From the IMG/VR virus record IMGVR_UViG_3300042009_000020, positions 1 to 37,779 of that record: a stretch of DNA of 37,779 nucleotides, one strand, 5' to 3'. Position numbers and translations under genes: made by a program. The stretch is from a virus. Taxonomy: Duplodnaviria > Heunggongvirae > Uroviricota > Caudoviricetes. This document shows, piece after piece, positions 15,502 through 24,400 of this stretch (the stretch's first letter is position 1; the number at the start of each line of letters is the position of its first letter). Below the pieces are notes generated by a model that was not told the DNA's origin, searched no databases, and was given only the letters and a program-made list of their open reading frames with translations.

Positions 15502-15688
15502 CGCTTCTGACCTTTGTATTCAATTTAACAACATGCATTACAAGATCACCATCTTTGTCAAGCCATTCATCCAACTCAACACCAAATAACGCAACATGAT
15601 CATCCTCAAACGGTATTGTTATAGCAACGTCACCATAACCCTCGATTATTTCATCAAGTATTTTACGTAATTCAACAGCCATGATCAT
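15491..15688 (-). CDS. hypothetical protein
   Basis: Start moved to ATGA-coupled ATG at 15688. Confidence 0.55.
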   Translation of the reverse strand: MIMAVELRKILDEIIEGYGDVAITIPFEDDHVALFGVELDEWLDKDGDLVMHVVKLNTKVRSDES

Positions 15689-15999
15689 CGCTTCTGGCCT
15701 TTTCGTGTTGCCGTACCAGTGCAACTAAGACCACCTGATTCTAACCGACTAACAGTCTTCTGGATCTTTGCTGCAACTATTGTGTATTTACCTTTACCAT
15801 ATGTATCGTTTACATACTTCTGTGCAGCAGCACGATCCGATGTTTTCAGGAATAGGTAGTCAGCAAATGTCTCATCATCCATCTTGATGTAGCCAGCCGT
15901 TCGAATATAAAAGCTACCCGGTGGTATGAAATCCCAAGCTGTAAAGGTTTCAAACTTTACTGGAACAGTTTCGATCTTCTTGACTTTCTTCTCAGCCAT
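15685..15999 (-). CDS. hypothetical protein
   Basis: GAGG RBS, TAATG coupling. Confidence 0.65.
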   Translation of the reverse strand: MAEKKVKKIETVPVKFETFTAWDFIPPGSFYIRTAGYIKMDDETFADYLFLKTSDRAAAQKYVNDTYGKGKYTIVAAKIQKTVSRLESGGLSCTGTATRKGQKR

Positions 16000-16163
16000 T
16001 AAAACAATTCCTCAATCATTTCGTCAACAGAGTCTTTATCTGTGTCTCCCATCATGTTCAACCGCTCATAAATCTCATCACTGAATGCTGCAATCTCAGC
16101 GAAAGAGTAACCCAACTCACGAGCCGCATCTAATACATACTTGAATGCTTCGTTAGTTGTCAC
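15999..16163 (-). CDS. hypothetical acidic protein (54 aa)
   Basis: GTG start coupled to upstream TGA; absent from track. Confidence 0.5.
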   Translation of the reverse strand: MTTNEAFKYVLDAARELGYSFAEIAAFSDEIYERLNMMGDTDKDSVDEMIEELF

Positions 16164-16369
16164 AGTCCAAACTCCTCTTTCAATTCATCAACAAGATCGT
16201 CAGCATGACGATTACAAAGTGCATCAAACAGCTTGGTGATTAACAAGTCTGCCTTCTCAGCAATGTTTGCTGCCTCATCAAGAGCGTCAAAGAAACCCTC
16301 CTGATAGATACCTTCACGGAAAACACTCACTTGAATGTTTTCAATCTTTTCAGCAAACTTCATATTCAA
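16160..16369 (-). CDS. hypothetical protein
   Basis: GGAGG RBS. Confidence 0.65.
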   Translation of the reverse strand: MNMKFAEKIENIQVSVFREGIYQEGFFDALDEAANIAEKADLLITKLFDALCNRHADDLVDELKEEFGL

Positions 16370-16556
16370 CCTCCATCTTATTTACTTCAATGAACTCAGG
16401 ATGATCATCAAGCGTGAAGTTAGTCCACGTGTAACGCCAGTATCCATCATGTAGTTCGTAATCTTCGTAGTGTACACCACCAATGTGACTGCGTGCAACT
16501 GGTTTCTTGCCTACTGTGGCATCTAGTTTCGATTGCCAAGTAACGATAGCACCCAT
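16350..16556 (-). CDS. hypothetical protein
   Basis: TAATG coupling. Confidence 0.55.
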   Translation of the reverse strand: MGAIVTWQSKLDATVGKKPVARSHIGGVHYEDYELHDGYWRYTWTNFTLDDHPEFIEVNKMEVEYEVC

Positions 16557-16822
16557 TAAACTTTCTCCTCAACCAACTCGGTCCAACAAGCACCACCATT
16601 GTGATGATAAGTCTCGAAGTGAATAAAACCAGCATCATCAACCTTAACATTATTAATGGAACCCATGTCACCGCGTTTAACTTCCCAATGCGGAATGTAC
16701 AATTCATCATGGATTCGAACAAGTCCCATATCTTCAGCGTCATCAAACGCCTCATCATCAAACAACTCAGTGTCGATACCAGATGGTTCTAGCACACCTT
16801 TGTTGTACTCATAATCACTCAT
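16556..16822 (-). CDS. hypothetical acidic protein
   Basis: ATGA coupling. Confidence 0.6.
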   Translation of the reverse strand: MSDYEYNKGVLEPSGIDTELFDDEAFDDAEDMGLVRIHDELYIPHWEVKRGDMGSINNVKVDDAGFIHFETYHHNGGACWTELVEEKV

Positions 16823-16992
16823 GCATCACGTTCCGAATCGTACTGGAACTCAGCAATATTAATAAGCTCAGCGATTGCATCATCAACCTCGTAACCGGTA
16901 AACCCACCAAGTACTGCTGATACACGTGCTGCCTTCAGATGTACAAGCATGTCAGCCAATGCCATTTCACGAATCTCTTTTTGCGAAATCAT
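16819..16992 (-). CDS. hypothetical protein (57 aa)
   Basis: MISQKEIREMALAD...; GAGGAG RBS; absent from track. Confidence 0.55.
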   Translation of the reverse strand: MISQKEIREMALADMLVHLKAARVSAVLGGFTGYEVDDAIAELINIAEFQYDSERDA

Positions 16993-17150
16993 TTAATCAT
17001 CTCCTCAACTGTTTTTTGCCATGATTGGCCTGAAATGTACTTCTTCATTACATCTTTAACTTCTTTGTCGCTAAGTGGTCGTCCAACAACTTCTTTAACA
17101 TTTGTATTATACCACATCCACCCACCGATTGTATCTTTTGTTACCTTCAT
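16989..17150 (-). CDS. hypothetical protein (53 aa)
   Basis: MKVTKDTIGGWMWY...; coupled at both ends; absent from track. Confidence 0.55.
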   Translation of the reverse strand: MKVTKDTIGGWMWYNTNVKEVVGRPLSDKEVKDVMKKYISGQSWQKTVEEMIK

Positions 17151-17584
17151 TAGAACCCACCAAGTAGTTGAATCTGCTTACTGTATTTGTTGATACGCTT
17201 TGCACTGCAAGCATTGATGCTGTTCATCAAGTTGGCAGCAGTATCACACAGTTTTACTTTAAGAGCAAGCTCATCCATGCGAATATTGTTTATATACTGA
17301 TCGTATCCTACGAATTCATCTTTCGTAAGAAGGCTAATCGCATTAATAACTTGATGTGAAAACCCTAGACTGAACAACTCGTCTGTTGTGGTATTCGTGT
17401 CTTCAAGAATATCATGAAGTAGACAAGTAGCCCTTAGTTCATCGATACAATCAGTACCACAACCATATGTTCGAATTGCAATGTTTTCTACTTGGTAGAG
17501 GTGGTACATATATGGATGCTCACCGTACACTTGACCATCATGTTTCTTGAGTGCCAATTCACGGGCTTTTGTTACTTGAGTCAT
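17150..17584 (-). CDS. HD-domain hydrolase (Mesh1/small alarmone hydrolase-like)
   Basis: A...H.GQ, PY..H, LLHDILED, VKLCD..AN; start moved to MTQVTK (17584, AAGGAG RBS). Confidence 0.8.
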   Translation of the reverse strand: MTQVTKARELALKKHDGQVYGEHPYMYHLYQVENIAIRTYGCGTDCIDELRATCLLHDILEDTNTTTDELFSLGFSHQVINAISLLTKDEFVGYDQYINNIRMDELALKVKLCDTAANLMNSINACSAKRINKYSKQIQLLGGF

Positions 17585-17609
17585 CTCGTATCTCCTTGTT
17601 TGTCCGACC

Positions 17610-17637
17610 ATTCTACCAGAATGAATACCGGTGTCAA
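17610..17637 (-). promoter_or_regulatory. sigma70-type promoter
   Basis: Minus strand TTGACA-N16-TAGAAT. Confidence 0.75.
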
Positions 17638-17655
17638 CCATTTATTTTAGGTACG

Positions 17656-17676
17656 AAAAAGCCCTCCGAAGAGGGC
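17656..17676 (-). terminator. intrinsic terminator
   Basis: Minus strand GCCCTC-TTCG-GAGGGC-TTTTT. Confidence 0.8.
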
Positions 17677-17682
17677 CATTCA

Positions 17683-19491
17683 TTACACCATCAGTTTTGC
17701 ACGAATCTCATCAAGAGATGTTTGGTTGTAGAAACTACCATCCTTGAATCGAATCTTCAACTCGTTAGAGCTATGTTCCTCAATTTCACGAGTTACATTA
17801 TCAGTCAGAACATAATCACCAAGATCATTCTTACCAACGTACAGCAGCCCTTTTGCTGATTTCTTCTTACTATCGGTCTTTGGATCTTTGAAGATGGCAA
17901 TGTCCTTACCATTTACCTTGGTGTAAGTTGCCTTAACAGCGAATCCGAATGTATCACGTGTCACACACTGATAAGTGTAAGAACCCACACCAAACATTGC
18001 ATTACCAGAAGCATAACCCTTGTCAAACAGGCGCTCAAGGATTGTTTGGCAACGATTGGTAGTAATCGAGTCACCATAGATCAGACCAATGTGATCGTCC
18101 AGCAGTTTGTGACCTGTAGAAGTCTCAGTGTATCCGAAGATTTCCATCAATACTTCTACGGCACCCTTCTGTTCTACACTCAAATCAATTTCACGTGCGT
18201 ACCAACCATCAAGGTCTTTACTGTTGTAATATCGACTATGGTAACACTCACCCTCAATCACAACAATAACACCATCAGAGGTTCTACCGTAAAAGGATAA
18301 TTCATCACCACCTTCAACTTTATTAGCATATTCAGAACCAATATCTACAATAGAATCAGTAGCATCATCAGACTGTTCATCCAATTCGACAAAGGTGTGA
18401 GGAATATCATGAATCTTAACACCACACAGAACTTCTACTGGATCACCTGAATCTGGACGAATTACCAATCGTCCGGGAGTTACACCATTTGATTGACGAC
18501 GCATAATTACATCTTTCAGATATGGTAGACCACGAGAAATCAAACCGTAGAAGTCAAAGCTATCAGCGACATACGACAGGATACCAACCGGGAACTTCAG
18601 CATCAGTTCATACATGAACATGATTTCAGCAATCAGTCGATCATCTTCTTTTGCGTTAGACATCTTGTTGAAAATGTCGAATTGTTCATCATTTGAAAAC
18701 TCGTAAACACCATCGTACAACTCTTGCTCAATTCGCAGAATGTTACTTGTGCTTACAGCGTGCTCAGTTGCTGGAACAGAACAAGCAACAAAGTCACCAG
18801 CACGGTAATACTGTTGAGCGTACAACACAGTACCAAGTGAGTCACTACCCAAGAAACTACCAACGTGACCGAAACCACTACGTGCAGCGTCTTCAAAACC
18901 AGACATACCACGGTCAGCAAAACAGTGAGACTGAATGTTAACAACTTCCAAAGGAGTACCTGTACGAATCGCATAGTCCGTCAACATTGCACGGTATTCA
19001 GCAGCGATAGTTGCTGTAGTCGAAGGTTTCCAAGTGAGGTTACTGATTACAGTTTCGAGGAAGTTAACCAACCAGAAAGCGTGGTCAACAGTGTTGCGAA
19101 TTGTCAACACTGGAATTCCCATATTTACTTTGGTGCCTTCTTTCAGGGTACGGATTTCCAGCGGCAAGTAACCAAGATCGTGCAGTTTAGCAAGACGGTC
19201 AGTTGTAATAACTGGGTAACCGAAGTATGAATCACACAGAAGTTTGAAACGAGCGAGTGCAATACCCTTGTCCATCTCGAAGAAATCATCCCACATTTCA
19301 ACGATTTCAGCAATAGCGCCTTGGTGACCGATAACAACCAACTTACCATCGTAATACTTGGTGCACGAGCGACGATAGATACTATCTGAACGTGGTGTCA
19401 GGTTGGAAGATACTACTTCCGTACCTTCAGCATACATATCTGGGTGACCAAGTTTGTATCCATCTGACAGAAAAGCTGCGAACAATTTCAT
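17683..19491 (-). CDS. nicotinamide phosphoribosyltransferase-like protein (probable NARP1 Namat)
   Basis: SDGYKLGH, ADRG, SVPATEH, RPDSG, GLIYGDSI, KDPKTD..KKSAKG. Confidence 0.9.
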   Translation of the reverse strand: MKLFAAFLSDGYKLGHPDMYAEGTEVVSSNLTPRSDSIYRRSCTKYYDGKLVVIGHQGAIAEIVEMWDDFFEMDKGIALARFKLLCDSYFGYPVITTDRLAKLHDLGYLPLEIRTLKEGTKVNMGIPVLTIRNTVDHAFWLVNFLETVISNLTWKPSTTATIAAEYRAMLTDYAIRTGTPLEVVNIQSHCFADRGMSGFEDAARSGFGHVGSFLGSDSLGTVLYAQQYYRAGDFVACSVPATEHAVSTSNILRIEQELYDGVYEFSNDEQFDIFNKMSNAKEDDRLIAEIMFMYELMLKFPVGILSYVADSFDFYGLISRGLPYLKDVIMRRQSNGVTPGRLVIRPDSGDPVEVLCGVKIHDIPHTFVELDEQSDDATDSIVDIGSEYANKVEGGDELSFYGRTSDGVIVVIEGECYHSRYYNSKDLDGWYAREIDLSVEQKGAVEVLMEIFGYTETSTGHKLLDDHIGLIYGDSITTNRCQTILERLFDKGYASGNAMFGVGSYTYQCVTRDTFGFAVKATYTKVNGKDIAIFKDPKTDSKKKSAKGLLYVGKNDLGDYVLTDNVTREIEEHSSNELKIRFKDGSFYNQTSLDEIRAKLMV

Positions 19492-19537
19492 TAAATATTC
19501 TCCTTAATTTGTTGAGGTGTGTATTATGACTTGTCTG

Positions 19538-20368
19538 TTAGAACAAGTCAATAACAATTGTACCATTTTTATCACTGATATAGCTACTTGTAGTGAAAAC
19601 CTTGTCGTAAATATCGGTAACAACTTTAGTCCCTTTTGTGAACAGGCCGTGTGTTACAGCCAAATCCAACCGACTTGGATTATGTTTACGAAGGACTTCC
19701 GCCACTTCTACAAACGTGCGTCCACCATCGATCAAATCATCCAGTACAAGTAGATCAGCATTTGGTGGTACATCGTCAATTACACGGAAGCTGATAATCC
19801 GACCAGTACGCAAGTCACGATTCTTTGCACATGTAATTACACCAGCGGCACCAACAAGTTTTGCAAAGTCTTCACACTTCTTACTCGCCCCTTGATCTGG
19901 TGCAACAATATAAGTTTCACGGAACGATTGGCGAACACCAGCGAATACAAAGAATTGATCGACGGCATAAAGACGATCAATGACTGCCGCTGTAACCGTG
20001 CTGTGAGGGTCTACAGTAGACACTGTTGCAAAGTTCATACCATTGATCATGTTACCGATTACTTTCAAGCTAGCAGCTTCACCGGGGTTACAGGCTCGAT
20101 CCTGACGACCATATGGAACATAAGGCAGACGAAGATGGATATTTGCCAGCGGATACTGAGTTCGCAATGCATCACGAACGAACGCTAGTGCAATTAGCTC
20201 ATCATTGATTGTAAACCCTTCACTACCAAATACTGCTGTAACTGTTACGTTTGAAACATCAACGTCAACAGATTGACTTCCAACATTGATGTCCACACCA
20301 ACACAACTATCTGGGAACTTCCATTGACGCACTGTGGTTTGGATGTTATCTACATGATACTTAATCAT
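19538..20368 (-). CDS. ribose-phosphate pyrophosphokinase-like protein (probable NARP1 Adps)
   Basis: FPD, PYVPYGRQDR, DPHS, APDQGA, VLDDLIDGGRTF, THGLF. Confidence 0.88.
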   Translation of the reverse strand: MIKYHVDNIQTTVRQWKFPDSCVGVDINVGSQSVDVDVSNVTVTAVFGSEGFTINDELIALAFVRDALRTQYPLANIHLRLPYVPYGRQDRACNPGEAASLKVIGNMINGMNFATVSTVDPHSTVTAAVIDRLYAVDQFFVFAGVRQSFRETYIVAPDQGASKKCEDFAKLVGAAGVITCAKNRDLRTGRIISFRVIDDVPPNADLLVLDDLIDGGRTFVEVAEVLRKHNPSRLDLAVTHGLFTKGTKVVTDIYDKVFTTSSYISDKNGTIVIDLF

Positions 20369-20586
20369 TATACAGCCTCAAATTCAGATTTATCTTCATT
20401 CTCGTAGATGTACCAATAGTCACTACCGTCTAGTTTTTCAGCACGATATTCATCAAATACACCATCTTCATCTTCGTAGTTACCATAATGTATTTCAGTA
20501 ATTCTCACAAGCTCACCATCCTCAAACCGATGACCGTTGAAAGAATCAATAATTTTCACAATCTGTCCAACTTCATACTTAACCAT
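20368..20586 (-). CDS. hypothetical protein
   Basis: Start at MVKYEVG (20586) with AAGGAG RBS. Confidence 0.65.
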   Translation of the reverse strand: MVKYEVGQIVKIIDSFNGHRFEDGELVRITEIHYGNYEDEDGVFDEYRAEKLDGSDYWYIYENEDKSEFEAV

Positions 20587-20596
20587 TCTGTTCTCC

Positions 20597-21475
20597 TTAA
20601 AATTCAATGTACGGATCAGCAACTGCAATGACATTTTTGATCTTGAGTTCATGCCACAACCGAATCATCTGAGGTCGGTCATCAACACAGGCAACAATGT
20701 TATACCTATGTGCGAGATGTGTCCAGAAGATTTCTTCCTTCACAGCATTATCTTTTCGGAAATCACCATTCTTACGCATATGCAAAGCGTGCCAGAACAT
20801 ACTACCGACATGTTCGTCAAGCCATTTTGATGTTTCACCCACACAAACATCGTCTCGACCTGAACAGATGATGATAATATAACCCATCATTGCATAATTA
20901 CGCAACATCTGAATTACGAATTCGCGTGGTTTATCCTCACCTACACGCTTCCATTCGAAAGGACCACGACCATCCATCTGAGCGATAGTGCCGTCAACAT
21001 CAAAGATTACAGCTTTAGGAAGAGATTCATCTGCAACATAAGTAACTCGACCAACATAATCATTCCAGTCTTTGAACTGGCGATAAATAACACCCTCACC
21101 AACACCATTTGGTCGCAGACGATCACGCTTGTAAGCTGTTTCCTGTGCTACATGAAACTCTTTGATTTCAACAACATAGCCAAGGTTCTCAAGCTTTTCG
21201 ATAAGCCCATGACGCCTTCCGAAATTCAAGTTGGTATCACTGATTACAATATTCTCTTCACGAGCCCAACTTTCCATGATCATCTGTTCATGAACGCGAG
21301 AAACTTCTTTCTCGTTCTTACCATTGAACTTGTAGTTACTCCAGTTTGAACCCGGACATACGATATTGAATCGTATGTAATCCCGGTTAATATCACGGAA
21401 ACCTTGCTTTACAAGTTCATTTGCAAAAGTAGTCTTACCTGATGCACTTACACCAATTGTAATTACAGCCTTCAA
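20597..21475 (-). CDS. pnk: polynucleotide 5'-kinase/3'-phosphatase (T4 PseT-like)
   Basis: GVSASGKTT P-loop, RD, HAD motif FDVDGT, DDR; TTG start. Confidence 0.92.
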   Translation of the reverse strand: MKAVITIGVSASGKTTFANELVKQGFRDINRDYIRFNIVCPGSNWSNYKFNGKNEKEVSRVHEQMIMESWAREENIVISDTNLNFGRRHGLIEKLENLGYVVEIKEFHVAQETAYKRDRLRPNGVGEGVIYRQFKDWNDYVGRVTYVADESLPKAVIFDVDGTIAQMDGRGPFEWKRVGEDKPREFVIQMLRNYAMMGYIIIICSGRDDVCVGETSKWLDEHVGSMFWHALHMRKNGDFRKDNAVKEEIFWTHLAHRYNIVACVDDRPQMIRLWHELKIKNVIAVADPYIEF

Positions 21476-22611
21476 TTTACATACTCCTTGAGAATATCCA
21501 TTTTGTAACTTTCACGAAGGTCATTGAATGCACTAAGCACAGAACGACCAGCAGCACGAGCTTGAAACAATGCAGCTTTGAATGGAAACGGTTGAGCTTT
21601 GATAGCAAACTCTTTAACCGTTTCAGAATGACGAATCGAATCATACACTGCATCCATATGAGCGTCAAGCTTGATATACGCCTCAACATACGGAGTAAAT
21701 ACTTCACGATCTTCAGGGAAATATTGCAAGTATTCATCTTGTTCATTCACCAACACCAATTGCATGATTCGCTTCGGATTCAAACCTTCCCCGCGAATGT
21801 GATGACAACTGACATATGCTGGCGACTTCACTTTTGCAATAGGAACGCCATCTTGATAGATAACGTAGCCTTCGTCAAGGTCTTTCAACTCACGAGAAGT
21901 ACGCAGACATTCTTCTACGGTGTTGAACCGATATTCTTTCGGATGATGAATCAGTTTCGCCAATGGGCAAGCTTCGTCTTTCAACCACCAATGTTCAAAT
22001 TTAGTTTCGTAAGTACCGTTCTCATTATTACGTGCTGCAAGGAAATGAAGCTTGTAACCGTCATAACGTTTGACTACACGGTTTTCAACACTTGTCAATT
22101 CAAAGATGTAAGTGATATGGTAATGCAAGAGTGAGCCATTCAGCAACGATTGAAACTCTGCATCTGTATCACATCCAAGAGCCTTCAGCACCAGCTCCTT
22201 GAACGTTACACCGTAACCCATACAATCACTCTCACCATAAGCTGTTCCCTTTGTAGAGACGTTCCAGCGGCCTTTGCGGCGATAGATCTTAATCAGGCTA
22301 CCATCAACCTTGTCATAAGCAACCGCTTTGCTCCAATCAATCACAGGCATGACATTCAATGCCTCTCCATAGTTGAAGAATCGTGAGAAACTACGCGACA
22401 CAACATTCAACGTTCCAGCTTCCAGAATCAGGCTGCGACATTCCATCACAATCGGATTTGTTTTCGGGCTATCAATTTGGTTGTAGTTTAGTACCAGAAG
22501 GTCATCCACCTTCTTTACGCTGATTGCGAGCTGTTCGGTGAGTGCAGACAAACCTTCATCTAGATCATGAATGGATGTACTATGTCGTTTGATGAATTCG
22601 ATTACTTGCAT
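21472..22611 (-). CDS. rnlA: RNA ligase 1 (T4 Rnl1-like)
   Basis: ECRSLI, RFFN, KVDGSLI, FELTS..NRVV, EGYV, KVKS..Y. Confidence 0.88.
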   Translation of the reverse strand: MQVIEFIKRHSTSIHDLDEGLSALTEQLAISVKKVDDLLVLNYNQIDSPKTNPIVMECRSLILEAGTLNVVSRSFSRFFNYGEALNVMPVIDWSKAVAYDKVDGSLIKIYRRKGRWNVSTKGTAYGESDCMGYGVTFKELVLKALGCDTDAEFQSLLNGSLLHYHITYIFELTSVENRVVKRYDGYKLHFLAARNNENGTYETKFEHWWLKDEACPLAKLIHHPKEYRFNTVEECLRTSRELKDLDEGYVIYQDGVPIAKVKSPAYVSCHHIRGEGLNPKRIMQLVLVNEQDEYLQYFPEDREVFTPYVEAYIKLDAHMDAVYDSIRHSETVKEFAIKAQPFPFKAALFQARAAGRSVLSAFNDLRESYKMDILKEYVN

Positions 22612-22640
22612 TTTGTTTCTCCGGTTGGTTTATGTCGCTC

Positions 22641-22668
22641 ATTCTACAGCAGTCGAACACGTTGTCAA
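22641..22668 (-). promoter_or_regulatory. leftward sigma70-type promoter
   Basis: Minus strand TTGACA-N16-TAGAAT upstream of RNA ligase. Confidence 0.8.
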
Positions 22669-22677
22669 CGATTATTT

Positions 22678-22751
22678 TCACCACCCTCTGAGGTAGGTCA
22701 AATACAATGTCACCACCCTGTCAGGTAGGTGTGTCACCACCCTCAGAGGGT
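22678..22751. repeat. three iteron-like direct repeats TCACCACCCTnnnAGGKW
   Basis: Copies start at 22678, 22710, 22734; followed by purine-rich AGTAAGAAA tract to ~22800. Confidence 0.7.
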
Positions 22752-22801
22752 CTGAAGTAAGAAAGACTGAGTAAGAAAGAGAAGTAATAAGAAAGAAAAG
22801 C

Positions 22802-22830
22802 TTGCGTACACATCCTAGCATGGGTATGGT
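22802..22830 (+). promoter_or_regulatory. rightward promoter candidate
   Basis: TTGCGT-N17-TATGGT preceded by A-rich tract. Confidence 0.5.
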
Positions 22831-22860
22831 GTATGGAATTACAGAACAGAGTGTAGGAAA

Positions 22861-23322
22861 ATGAGTAGTGAGTTTTACAAGGCACCTAAGAATCTGATGA
22901 GTGCTACTGGATTCGTAAGCAAATCAACAGGTGAGCCAGTAGACCTTACCGCTGTTGATAAGCTGGTGCTGATCTACATGTACGCAAGAACCACATACTT
23001 CAACAACTCAGGAGGAGGTCATTACGAAACACAGGTCACCATTGGTAATGCAATCGGTTTGGAATGGAAGGCCGTAGCAAGATCGTTAAAGAAGATGTAC
23101 GATGGTTGTGTCATAGATGCTGACAAACCAAGATCTAATGGTAACAAGAGTTGGGTGTACAAGAGTGTGAACCTTGACATTCAGTTCTTTGGAACCAAGA
23201 GAATTCAAAAAGAAGTGAGAATAGTCGTTGACAAGGTTGACGAACAGAGTACCATTGAACCACAAGCAAACGATGATATGTTCGAAGACGATGAATTTTT
23301 ATCTAGCATACAATGGGAGTGA
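22861..23322 (+). CDS. winged-helix DNA-binding protein (replication-initiator-like)
   Basis: DKLVLIYM...YETQVTIGNAIGLEWKAVARSLKKM HTH pattern; acidic C-terminal tail. Confidence 0.6.
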   Translation: MSSEFYKAPKNLMSATGFVSKSTGEPVDLTAVDKLVLIYMYARTTYFNNSGGGHYETQVTIGNAIGLEWKAVARSLKKMYDGCVIDADKPRSNGNKSWVYKSVNLDIQFFGTKRIQKEVRIVVDKVDEQSTIEPQANDDMFEDDEFLSSIQWE

Positions 23323-23327
23323 TCGCA

Positions 23328-23570
23328 ATGAGTGATGGTATTATGAAAACATGGGATGTTGTCGAAACATACGACGGACATGTGGTGTTCCGATGTGCAA
23401 GGCAAGAAACCGCAAACTACCTCCGTGATTGGTGTGCCGCCGAAGAAGACAATCGATTCTTCAATTCAAGGAAATATCTGGAAGACCGTGGAATGCCTAC
23501 AGGGATCATACAACGTATGCGAGATGGTTTGGATCAGTTCTCTGTATCAGCAAGCGAGGTGATTCTGTGA
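23328..23570 (+). CDS. hypothetical protein
   Basis: Start at MSDGIMK (23328) with GGGAG RBS. Confidence 0.6.
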   Translation: MSDGIMKTWDVVETYDGHVVFRCARQETANYLRDWCAAEEDNRFFNSRKYLEDRGMPTGIIQRMRDGLDQFSVSASEVIL

Positions 23571-23749
23571 TTGTTGGTTTTGTAGATTCGTATAACTTTC
23601 ACGGTGGTGCAGTACTTGCTGATGCTTCTTGTGGTTCTGTAAGCCTCTCTAGTCGCTCTGGAGACGTTTTAACTATAAACCTAGATCACGACCCAGAATA
23701 TACAATGAGTGGTGTCTATGAGCCTTGTAGCTCGTTTGAGCAATGGTGA
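23567..23749 (+). CDS. hypothetical protein
   Basis: GTGA-coupled start with GAGGT RBS. Confidence 0.5.
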   Translation: MIVGFVDSYNFHGGAVLADASCGSVSLSSRSGDVLTINLDHDPEYTMSGVYEPCSSFEQW

Positions 23750-23753
23750 TAAA

Positions 23754-24053
23754 ATGTGTACAGTAGTTAATAAATACAAGGAACCATTTGATGTCTATAT
23801 TGGACGTGGTAGTGCTTGGGGTAACCCATTCAGCCATCTACCGGAAACCAAAGCATTGTACAAGGTTGAGACACGCGAGGAAGCAATTGATTCATATCGT
23901 GACTATCTCTGGCATCAAATGCGAGAAGGGTATGTTACCCAAGACATGCTTCGATCATTGACAGGTAAGCGTCTCGGTTGTTACTGTAAACCGAAATCCT
24001 GTCATGGTGATGTGATTGTTAAAGCAGTTGAATGGGTGAACAGTAGGTCTTGA
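23754..24053 (+). CDS. DUF4326-family protein
   Basis: VYIGRGS.WGNPF...L.GK.LGCYCKP..CHGDV. Confidence 0.85.
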   Translation: MCTVVNKYKEPFDVYIGRGSAWGNPFSHLPETKALYKVETREEAIDSYRDYLWHQMREGYVTQDMLRSLTGKRLGCYCKPKSCHGDVIVKAVEWVNSRS

Positions 24054-24113
24054 CATTTTCAGACTATTGGGTGTAGAGTGTAGTCTTCTTTAACTAAACA
24101 GAGGAACTACAAT

Positions 24114-24284
24114 GTGAATAAGCCCGATAGCTATGAAAATGTAATGAAAGAAATGGAAGAGGTTAATGATGAACTAGAGTCATGTGAGAATGATGAAGAC
24201 ACTAAGGACTTCAAATTTGAATATGCCTTTGAATCAATCACTGAAAGACATACTGCATACCAACGGCGGATTAGTAATGTTTGA
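24114..24284 (+). CDS. small acidic protein (56 aa)
   Basis: GAGGA RBS, GTG start; preceded by TTGACA 24050-24055 and TAGAGT 24074-24079. Confidence 0.45.
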   Translation: MNKPDSYENVMKEMEEVNDELESCENDEDTKDFKFEYAFESITERHTAYQRRISNV

Positions 24285-24343
24285 GATTACTGGTGTCGGT
24301 GAAGGTTGATTAAAATTAATTTGAAAACAGATTATAAATGGTA

Positions 24344-24372
24344 TTGACAGTAATGAGGTGTTTCTATATAAT
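24344..24372 (+). promoter_or_regulatory. consensus sigma70 promoter of tRNA cluster
   Basis: TTGACA-N17-TATAAT. Confidence 0.88.
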
Positions 24373-24400
24373 GGTCGGTATATCCAGACAAAAGAGCACT

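Noticed and set aside
24306-24319. Anr/FNR-like TTGAT-N4-ATTAA upstream of the tRNA promoter
   Set aside because: One mismatch, very AT-rich context and non-standard distance from the promoter; could be chance.
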